DNA from: an uncultured virus (IMG/VR IMGVR_UViG_3300010346_001238)
Lineage: Duplodnaviria > Heunggongvirae > Uroviricota > Caudoviricetes
Length of the DNA stretch: 64,000 bases
IMG/VR virus record: IMGVR_UViG_3300010346_001238
Reading direction: 5' to 3' (one strand)
Within the stretch, counting starts at the first letter, position 1, and every line of letters starts with the position of its first letter. Positions 22,848 to 32,091 of the stretch are shown here, piece after piece. The position numbers were made by a program, and so were the translations under genes. The notes beneath the pieces were generated by a model that saw only the letters and a list, made by a program, of their open reading frames with translations, made no database searches and was not told where the DNA came from.

Positions 22848-25175
22848 ATGGAACAAGTACTAGAAGATTATATCAATGGCAATCTGTCCGATGCAAAGCG
22901 GCGAGTCCGCAAAAAGAAATACACATTTAGGCAAGTGTATATGGCGGCTCGCAACATGTTTTCGGAAAAGAAAGCAATGGCGGTAACATTTTACCTGACT
23001 GAACCCTCTCAGGAAACCTTCCAAGCTGCCTGTGATTCCGAATGATACTTTATTAACTTCTCGCCAGAAACCCCGCTTGCTTTAGCGGGCGGGTAGTTCA
23101 TGGGATATTATTACTAATCCAGAAGACTTTAAGAAAAACGTAATCGATGAAATTGTCCAATACGTTTAACTAATAAAATTCATCATTTCACCGAATGTAA
23201 ATACTGAACCCTTCAGTAATTAACATATATTATTTAGTAATGGTGGGAAAACTTTTCAAAAATAAAGATTGACATTTCTATACTTTTTGGTATGATAGCG
23301 ATATGACAATAGAAAAACAATTAAAACAAATCGTGCCGGGAAAAACATATCCCGCTTATGTCAAAGTCGCTGAGCCGGAGGGAATGGTAGTAGAATTCCA
23401 TCTCAATTCTTACTTTGTTGGAATGTATTGTGCTATCCATGTTAATGGCGAACTAGCACAACAAACGGGTGATTATGACAATAAAAAATTCTGTAAAAAT
23501 TTGAAACGAGACATTAAAAAAGCATTGGAACGGGGAGCTACAGTCACTATTGGTTCCATCCGACAATGCAAAACGGAACTTTCCGATTAAATTACTCTTG
23601 ACATTTTGATATATTTCTGTATAGTAAGGATATGATTACAATCCAAATTCTCCCTAACGGGAACTTGAAAATGAAGCTGGCGGACTTGCCTAACCGTGAT
23701 TCTATCGAACAGATACGGGAAATTACCCGTGGCGAGGAGGAAGCGGAGCATCTCTTCCTCTCGGAATACCTCGTGGCAAGCAACACAAGCAATGGGGTGG
23801 AATACAAGGTTACTTCCCCGGAAGAATGGGGGGCCTTGACCTCCGCCCCTATGATTGCTGGCGGAGGAGAAGTCTATGGATACATGGACTATCAAATTAA
23901 GAACTTCCTCGATGAATTGGCCGAAGGCAATGAAATTGAATGGCAGAGGGGATAATGAACATTGCCCAAGTTTTAACCGGAAAGAATACCATGAAGTAAC
24001 CTACCTACTATAAGTTGATTGAAGTTCCTGAAGCAGAAATTATTAAGGGCCCTAATCGGCCCTTTGTTATCGTTTGGGATAACCAAACTTCACTTTGTAA
24101 CCCCGCCGAATCCTTTGCTCGTCCAAATTGGATTCGTCTCCTTACCGCAGGCAGTGCGGCCATCCATAATACGGATACACTCATTAAGAATTGGCATAAG
24201 CAAAATGAATAGATAGATCAAAAAGACCTAACTTCACCGAATGTAAATAATATGCCTAAATCTCTATCAATTTACTCGACTTTCACCGAATGAAAATAAT
24301 ATACTTAAATCTCTATCAATTTACTCGACGTTCACCGAATGAAAATAACATGTTTCACGGTAAATAATATACATTATTTGCTTTTCATGATTTGTTCAAT
24401 TTAAGTGAATAATATACATTATTTGCTTTTCATGATTTATTCGATTCAAGTGAATAATATACATTATTTACTACATTCCCTCCTTCAAATTTTTCAATTT
24501 TTCCCTTGGCTTTTTTATGTAAATCAGTATAGTGACGAGGAATAATAACTGCACTCGAAAAGAGGCCCTTGCTCAATCAAAACTTTCTTCAAATAAAGGT
24601 TGACATTTCGCATGAAATAGGTATAATTAAATCAAAATGAAGATAACATTGATACTTGGATTTATTAATGCCGTTTTGATATTTGTCTGTTACTATAATA
24701 AGATTCGGGCGGCGGCGATTTACTTGTATCACAAACATAATAGAAAATAATGAACGCACCACAAAAAGTCTATCGGGAAGTAGTTACCACAAAGGAAGGA
24801 AATTCCCTTTACGTTTATTTTAATCCCGTAAACAATGTCCTGATGGTTGACATTGTAAATAAGTCAAAAAGCAAGGGCAAGGAACTGGTCCGAATGACCG
24901 TAGATGAAAATAATATGCTAATCCTCCCTTAAATAAGAGTTGACATTCTCCATAAAATAAGTATAAAGAAGACACAATAGAAAACAATGAATACACCACA
25001 AAAAATCTATCGGGAAGCTACTACCACGAAGGATGGGAATATCCTAACCTTCTTCTTCAACCCCCAAAGCAATCTGCTGGTCGTTGACCTAGTACATAAG
25101 GATGAACAGGCGGGAAATGAACTGGTCCGAATGACACTGGATGAAGAAAAGTTGTTGGCTCACTCACAAACTTGA
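22848..25175 (+). CDS. small promoter-led genes (22848-23045, 23303-23590, 23632-23955, 24015-24212, 24750-24932, 24987-25175)
   Basis: 24750/24987 are tandem paralogs (MNxPQK.YRE..TTK.GN..ELVRMT). Confidence 0.65.
23054..23100 (+). mobile_element. PATE-like IS200/IS605 end remnant
   Basis: Follows TTTAT; ccccgcttgctttagcgggcgggtagttca. Confidence 0.65.
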
Positions 25176-25576
25176 TTCTTTTCATTTAATCAATAGTGCA
25201 TTCAAACAAACCCCGCCGGTTCCGACTGGCGGGGCCTTTTTTTCTTCATTTTCACCGAATGTAAATAATAGGTTTATGTGGTAAATAATACACATTATTT
25301 ACTTTTTCGAATTAATCTTTCGATCAAAGTAAATAATATACATTATCCACTTTACATGATCTCTTATTAAATAACATACATTATTTACTCCGTCTTCTTC
25401 ATTCGTCGAGGATAATACATATAGCAATATCCATGCCAAATTGTATATCTATATCAATTTTGTCCCTTGAAAAAAGTTTCAAAAAATTGAAATTGAGGGT
25501 TGACTTTTTTATCAAAATCTGTATAGTGGCAGCAGAAACTAGGAGATGGTTCTTAGTTAAAGTAGAAAGGCACAAA

Positions 25577-26155
25577 ATGGCAAAGGCAAAGACAATAGTC
25601 CAAATTACGGACCCCGCTGAGATGGCGGGTTTCATCAAATCCAACGGCACTCAATGCCGTTTCGTGTCAATCGTGACGGATACTCCCGTTGTGAAGATTC
25701 GCAAGGGCAATCCGTTTCCGGGTCTCCGCAAGGTTTCCCGCAAGAATGGCATTGTCAATGCCAACTATTGCAATTCCGTCCGCAACCGCATCGCCGAAAA
25801 GCTCGGTGTCAAGCTGTCGGAAGTGGAATACGAAGCGGGGGAAGTGTGGTATCAGCATTTGACAACCGCTGATGGAAAGCCGCTCCCGCTTGTCCAACAC
25901 AAAGACGAATCCAAGCGGCAAGGCAAGCTGTATCTGCAATACTTCCCGCACAAGGCGAAATCGGTTTACGTCGCCGCCAACGGTGACACTGTGGCCGATG
26001 AGTTGGTCAAGCCGTGGCTTTACAAGGAAAGCGAACGGCCCGACTACAAGCCAACCGTCATTGCCGTTGAGCTTGGCAACATCAAGGAAATCCGTGCAAG
26101 CGGCGTCATCATGCAAGCGGAAGAAATTGACGAAGCGGAAGCTGCTCTCGCCTAA
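25577..26155 (+). CDS. hypothetical protein with GC-rich codons
   Basis: AGAAAGG RBS, MAKAKT start, hairpin terminator ~26167-26200. Confidence 0.75.
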   Translation: MAKAKTIVQITDPAEMAGFIKSNGTQCRFVSIVTDTPVVKIRKGNPFPGLRKVSRKNGIVNANYCNSVRNRIAEKLGVKLSEVEYEAGEVWYQHLTTADGKPLPLVQHKDESKRQGKLYLQYFPHKAKSVYVAANGDTVADELVKPWLYKESERPDYKPTVIAVELGNIKEIRASGVIMQAEEIDEAEAALA

Positions 26156-26527
26156 GCCAAGCCAAAGGCCCCCGTGCCAAATTGGCACGGGGGCAATTTT
26201 TGTATATTTATATTTTAATTGGCACAATAATAGCTATACAAAAGTGGTATAAAAAATGCTGATTTTCACCGAATGAAAATAACATGTTTCACGGTAAATA
26301 ACATATATTATTTACTTTCCAAAGACTTTTTCTTATTTGTATTTAATATACATTATTTACTTACTCTTATTTTATTTCGTCCACAATTAATATAGCAATA
26401 TCCATGCCAATTCATATAGAAATGTCTATTTTCCTATTGATCTTTTTGATCAAATAAATAATATACATTATTTTCTCTTACCAATAAAATAAAACCCCGC
26501 ACCAAAATCGATGCGGGGAAACTGTTT

Positions 26528-26806
26528 TTATTTCTTCTTCTTCTTTTTCTTCTTCCCCTGTTCCTTCTTCATTTGTGCCAATTCCCATTCGTATTCCTCC
26601 CAATCCAATTTAGTCCAGTTCTTTATTTCATGGGTCTTAGGTCTATACTTCCTAGCTATCCTCTTTGCTACTTGAATACGTTTATTGTCCGAAGCGTATT
26701 CAACTCTTTCCCAATCCTTCTCAGTCCAATGGGTTGTATCTATACATTCTAATCCTTTGGCACTGCCAAAACTACCATCTTTTGCGAAATATGTTATCTT
26801 ACTCAT
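26528..26806 (-). CDS. hypothetical protein with poly-Lys tail
   Basis: Promoter upstream and terminator downstream. Confidence 0.65.
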   Translation of the reverse strand: MSKITYFAKDGSFGSAKGLECIDTTHWTEKDWERVEYASDNKRIQVAKRIARKYRPKTHEIKNWTKLDWEEYEWELAQMKKEQGKKKKKKKK

Positions 26807-27599
26807 ACTTCTATATTATACTATTCTTTCCCTATATGTCAAGTGTAAAATTATTAAACCCTCCCCGTGAGGGGCCTTATTCCTTCATTTCTTTTTTCGA
26901 CTCTCGGAGTGGGGGGCTATACCCCCAATAATTTTTTTAGACTGCGATAGGGGGGTTGCACTAAATATACCCCTCCTACTACCCCATTTTTAACTGGTGG
27001 TAGCCCTACTGATTACCCGTCAAGGTATTACTCGTGGCCTCGTCCCATTGAACCATTTAATCATTCATCCTGTCATGCCTCTGTCTTTTCATCCATTCAG
27101 ACCAACATTCATTCATCCTTTTACATATCTCTATTCAAAGCTGGTAGCTCTTTTATTTATTCCTATTAACCCCATATATCCATTTATCAATATATTCCTA
27201 GTCAAATTACCCTTTAATCCCTCATAATTAAACTCTTTTATTCCTATTCGCATAATTTATATCTCTCAATTCAATCCATATTCTCTTTCCCATTTACAAT
27301 CTATCCCTATAATAATATCCCCGCCTTTCAGTATATGTTTCATCTATCCTTATTTCATTCATATTCAAATTTCCATTATCCCTTTCCAAATATCACCACA
27401 TTTCACCGAATGTAAATAATATACCCAAATATCTATCAATTTACTTGACTTTCACCGAAAAGTAAATAATGTCCAGTATTTACTCTATCGAAATACTCGA
27501 GTTTCACCGAAAAGTAAATAATGTCCAGTATTTACTCTTTTTGTCCACTTTTGTCCAAACGTCGAGAATCTTGAACTTTTTGTACTTTTATTTGAAGAT

Positions 27600-27615
27600 T
27601 GGCACAAAACTTGCG
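27600..27615 (+). promoter_or_regulatory. sigma54-like -24/-12 site, one of about 7
   Basis: TGGCACAAAACTTGCG matches TGGCAC-N5-TTGC. Confidence 0.6.
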
Positions 27616-27741
27616 GCATAAATCTTGGCACAATTCTAGCTTTCCATTAGATTTCCTCAAAAAAGTAGGCGCAAAAAAAAGTATAAAAAAATGCTTTTTT
27701 CAGTTGACATTTTCGACTCAATATGGTAGCCTTTTTTCACA

Positions 27742-28185
27742 ATGAAAAAAACAAAAGCATTGGCCCACTGGGCCGAAGACATTAAACAAAACAGTCAGGA
27801 TATAAACAATATCCTGACGGAGGGTGCGGTTAAACCGCACGTCCAGACCCACTGGACCGACGTTGAATCCGGAAGGCACGGGCTAGCCGGATTGATTGTC
27901 CAGATTTTGGGCGCCAGCGGGGCTGTGTTCCCCGCCGGAATTGAAAGCACCGGGTTGCGGTCCGTTGCAATCGGCGGTGCGATGTTCACCGCCGAAATTG
28001 AAGGCGCCGTATGGCGCCATTTTTCCATCGGTTCGACCCGGTACCCCCGGCAGTCGATCCGGAACTATTTGTCGACATATATGGCTCAGGCCGGCATCGT
28101 CGGAAAAATCCAACTGACAAATAGTGAGGATAGAGGTCGCCCGTGTTGTAAACCACGGGCCAAATGGTATTTAATCGTCAAGTAA
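27742..28185 (+). CDS. hypothetical protein, GC-rich
   Basis: TTGACA promoter upstream, GC hairpin downstream. Confidence 0.7.
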   Translation: MKKTKALAHWAEDIKQNSQDINNILTEGAVKPHVQTHWTDVESGRHGLAGLIVQILGASGAVFPAGIESTGLRSVAIGGAMFTAEIEGAVWRHFSIGSTRYPRQSIRNYLSTYMAQAGIVGKIQLTNSEDRGRPCCKPRAKWYLIVK

Positions 28186-28472
28186 ACAATGCGACGGGGG
28201 GGGGCCTTGTGGCCCCCCGCTTTTCCCATCAAATCATAAGTCGTGCCAACCGGGGGGACAGCATATCCCGTGCCAACCCCCCTACCCCCCCCATACTATA
28301 AGTGCTTCTGATTCAACGATTTGCGACCACCCTCGACCGCCCCCTAAGCCGTTTAACATGCGGGGTCAACCTGGTAATAGGAAATTTATACGTATTCCTG
28401 TATATACGTTTTTCTGTACCGGGAATTTACTTAAAAAGGTGGGGATTTGAAAAAAAATCCGGGAAAAATTTT

Positions 28473-28811
28473 TTATGGGGAAGTTTTTATAAAATAGGAA
28501 TTATCATGTGGGGATTTATTGGGTAATTGGTAATTGGGGTCAAATTGGATATTAGCTAATTGTTCTTCATTAAAGATATATTTAAGGACGCTTACGGGGA
28601 ATGGTTTATTTAAGTAAGAATTTACATTTCTGGGCCATGAGATGGGGAAATTGGTGGAGGGGTTTACTTTATTATAATTGGAGACAAATACTTTAGAATC
28701 CTGCATTTGGAGCAATGTAATTTTACCATTTAAGTAATCGTTGACTGGTGGGCAATTAGAATTTTTTAGGATTTGTTCGGTATGATTTAAGTTAAGCGGT
28801 TGATTATTCAT
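28473..28811 (-). CDS. hypothetical protein
   Basis: ORF only. Confidence 0.55.
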   Translation of the reverse strand: MNNQPLNLNHTEQILKNSNCPPVNDYLNGKITLLQMQDSKVFVSNYNKVNPSTNFPISWPRNVNSYLNKPFPVSVLKYIFNEEQLANIQFDPNYQLPNKSPHDNSYFIKTSP

Positions 28812-28921
28812 AATATAAATTTTTAGTATATAAGTATTTAGGTATAAATATGGTAAGATTGGGGTAAAAAGAAGTAAATATGTAGATATTTATTGGTATA
28901 GATATATGAATATGTATATGA

Positions 28922-29440
28922 ATGGGTATGCGACTATTTACTACATCTACTAAGGATACATGTTGGCGGGATGCGTTAGCATGTTTATTGGAACTTGAGC
29001 CGGTGCGGGTACCTGATTTTGTTAAGCGGTATGGGAATCGGTATATGGATAAGACGAGGGAATGGTTAAAGAAGAAGCATAACAAGGGGATAGTTTACAT
29101 ACCGGCGAGTGCATTTATGGAGACTGGGGAATTGCGGCAGAATGGGCCAGTGGGGCCGGAGGGATATTCGATAGCGTATATGAATATGGTTAATGATGAA
29201 TCGGCGCATGCGGTAGTATGTTTTAATGGTGGGGTATTTTGGGATAATGGGGAGGATCGGAGTGCTGAATATACGCATATATCTGGATATTATGTGATAT
29301 ATGATTTGGGGGGATCTCCTGTAAAGAAGCATGAGCGACTGATGAAGCGGAGGGGTAAGAATGGGAATAGGCGAAGGAGGAAGAAGGGGTCCTACTCAGT
29401 TAAACAGAACCGCCATTTATTGTCGGGTTGGACGAGTTAA
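28922..29440 (+). CDS. possible papain/C39-like fold protein
   Basis: TCWRDALACLL...HAVV...WD gives C-H-D order. Confidence 0.55.
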   Translation: MGMRLFTTSTKDTCWRDALACLLELEPVRVPDFVKRYGNRYMDKTREWLKKKHNKGIVYIPASAFMETGELRQNGPVGPEGYSIAYMNMVNDESAHAVVCFNGGVFWDNGEDRSAEYTHISGYYVIYDLGGSPVKKHERLMKRRGKNGNRRRRKKGSYSVKQNRHLLSGWTS

Positions 29441-29453
29441 TTGACACACGACC

Positions 29454-31040
29454 CTAAAGGGTATTATTTTCATGGGTGATGAACTGTATTTTATCGATTA
29501 AGAAATATACTTTATTTTCGAAATTGGAGATACAAATAGTAGCTGCATTTAGGTATAGGAGTTTAATCCAGAGATAGTAGATACCGATAATTTGGTCATT
29601 AAGTTTAAGTTTTTTGGCATATTTTTCCCAGTTATTTTCGGCTTCTTGTCGGGCATTAAGGATAAGTTTAACGAAGGCGATTAGCAATTGGTCTAATTGG
29701 TCTTCGGTTGGATATTTAGAAGAATTAAACTTAATATTACTATTAGCGAATATTTCATTTACATTATTTTTGAAATATTCATTACAGGCTTGGTATCCTT
29801 CGGCAAAGGTCCATTGGACACCGGCGAGGAAAGTACTATCTAGTGGGATAGATTTATTTTTGACATAATCTTTCCAGCTTTGGACATATGTATTTTCGTT
29901 GATATATTTAATGAATTCTTCATATACTTGTGGTATGGAATAGTAAGTTGTCATAAAATTATTAATAACAATATAGGGCTGACAATTCGACTTTAGATAT
30001 TTCGGCAGGGATTACATCTAAATCATCATAAAGGATGACTTGCATGGTGCATTTATTTAATGTTTTAAACTCTGTAAAATAATAATCATTATGTTTTACT
30101 AAATACCTGAAGGCTTTAAGTTTACGTCTATTTTCTTGCACTTTGGGGTGTTGATTTGCCTTAATGATTTGGTCACGAATTTTCATTTTGAATTTTGGAT
30201 TTGAGTTGATTTAATTCTATTTTAATTTTGCTAACATTTTCTAAAATTAATTCCATGTCATATTTTTGACTTTCCAATGATTTTAGGATATGATTAAGTT
30301 TTGTTTCGGCGTCATGTAATTCATAGGATGGATTTTTCGTTGAATTTGGTAGTGGGGGATTTGCCTCTTGGTTTTTAGGGGGTTCTGATAAATTGTTATA
30401 ATGGGGTTGGAATTGTTTAGTTATTTCTTCGGAAAAAAGTTTTGTAAGTTCAATAATTTGTTGAAGTAAATTATCTTTATTTTTTAGAAAAATTTGGGTT
30501 TTAAGATGCAACAAATTATATTGATCGAATAGGTAGTTTATTTGGCCATTAATTTCTTTTAAATTTTTCATCCATTTTTTCATAAAGAAATTATTTTAGG
30601 GTAATATTTTGGAAATTGATTTTGTCCATGTATTTTTTGATAAATTTTTTATTGTATAGATTTTCTTTATATTCTTTGATGAATTTGGTAATTTTTTTAT
30701 TATCTTGATATAATTTAAGCAATTGTGTTAAGCGTGATTTCCATTCGGTTATTGTTTCGGGTGTCGTGATAACGATATGGAATTGGTTTGGGTCTTGGTC
30801 ATGTTGGATGGTAGTAGTAATTGATTTTTCATCAATATTTTTTATATTTTTCAAATGTTTAAAGAATTGGGTTAAGTCTTCATCTAATTGATAAAGATCT
30901 TTTATAGGGATTTCCGCTTTTGATTTGGGGTTAGGATGATATAAGTAATAGAGAGGGGATTGGGTATTAAAAGTACCTAAAAGGGTACAAGTGATACCTC
31001 GGTATAATTTGCGTTTTAGTTTATTTTTTGTAAATTTCAT
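29454..31040 (-). CDS. four hypothetical genes (29454-29954, 29962-30186, 30173-30583, 30591-31040)
   Basis: Closely packed co-oriented ORFs. Confidence 0.65.
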
Positions 31041-31447
31041 TTTTTATCTAACAATTTTTGTAGTTCGAGAATTTTTCGTTCTAATTCTTCGATACGTTCT
31101 GTTGGTGACTTGGTTTCGGGGGTTGGGGTTTGGGCAATTTTGTCAATTTTTTCTAATTGTTCTCGGGTTTTGGCTTTGATGTCGGGGAGTATGGCTGGGG
31201 GCGGGGCTTGCGGATTAATTTTGGAAATTTCATTTTTAATTTGCCCATTAAGGTCTTCGGAAATAATGATTTCGAAGTGGCAACCTTCTTCATTTATTTT
31301 GGCGTCGAGGAGCACTTGGGTTATGGCGTCGGTATCGACGATATTGCCGGTGGCGGCATCTTTTAAAGTTACGTAGGAAGGTTCCGGTGGTGTACCTAGC
31401 CGGTTAACTTTTCCATAATAATGTGCTAATTTTTTCATCTTTCTCAT
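31037..31447 (-). CDS. hypothetical protein starting at the end of the terminal CRISPR repeat
   Basis: ATG 31447-31445 abuts the degenerate repeat. Confidence 0.7.
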   Translation of the reverse strand: MRKMKKLAHYYGKVNRLGTPPEPSYVTLKDAATGNIVDTDAITQVLLDAKINEEGCHFEIIISEDLNGQIKNEISKINPQAPPPAILPDIKAKTREQLEKIDKIAQTPTPETKSPTERIEELERKILELQKLLDKK

Positions 31448-31847
31448 ACACTTCACTTTTTAGTTCGTTTGGGCGTTGCAAGATGCAGTTTTTAACACCA
31501 CACGAGTACGTCCTGTTGGACTCACATCACCTTTTAGTTCGTTTGGGCGTTGCGAGCAGCGTATGTTAGTCATGGCGGCACGCCATATAGCGGCTCACAT
31601 CACCTTTTAGTTCGTTTGGGCGTTGCGAGGGGTTGTAACTGATACACCACCATTGGCAATGCTGTCACTCACATCACCTTTTAGTTCGTTTGGGCGTTGC
31701 GAGACCGGCGACCAGGTGCAACTGCGCAAGACGGCCAGCCTCACATCACCTTTTAGTTCGTTTGGGCGTTGCGAGCGTCTGGCGCCCCCATGAGGCGCAA
31801 GGCGGCACCACCTCACATCACCTTTTAGTTCGTTTGGGCGTTGCGAG
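31447..31847 (-). CRISPR. CRISPR array, 6 repeats (36 bp) and 5 spacers (36-38 bp)
   Basis: Repeat (-) CTCGCAACGCCCAAACGAACTAAAAGGTGATGTGAG at 31521, 31594, 31668, 31740, 31812; degenerate copy (5 mismatches) at 31447 marks the distal end. Confidence 0.97.
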
Positions 31848-32091
31848 AGCTTCTCTGTAACGTCCTGTATTGCAATGCCGTCGTCCTGTCTTTGCGAGGG
31901 GCCACCGGATTGGTGGCGGTGAATGTGTCCACTGTGATAAGATGTTTGCACATCCTGTTCAGTAACAAACCCTTTCAGACTGCGAGAGCCTATCGGGTTT
32001 GGTTCACCACGTACCCGCTCGCAAACGGTATCGACATCGGCCCAACATCTTACGATTGTTGGTTTCCGCATCACGCTGGACAATTCCATCG
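31848..32091 (-). ncRNA. putative tracrRNA/leader
   Basis: GC-rich, hairpin-rich; CACATTCACC (31927-31918) can pair with repeat GGTGA-TGTG. Confidence 0.55.

Larger units (their letters stand above)
1358..27540. repeat. dispersed intergenic palindrome family (A/G)GTAAATAA-N6-TTATTTACT, about 25-30 copies
   Basis: Copies at e.g. 1402-1425, 4832-4853, 7314-7336, 16557-16580, 21187-21330 (4), 24359-24472 (3), 25280-25389 (3), 26293-26316, 27461-27484, 27513-27536. Confidence 0.9.

Noticed and set aside
21155..24472. AT-rich repeat clusters as additional CRISPR arrays
   Set aside because: Irregular spacing, degenerate units and repeated intervening sequence
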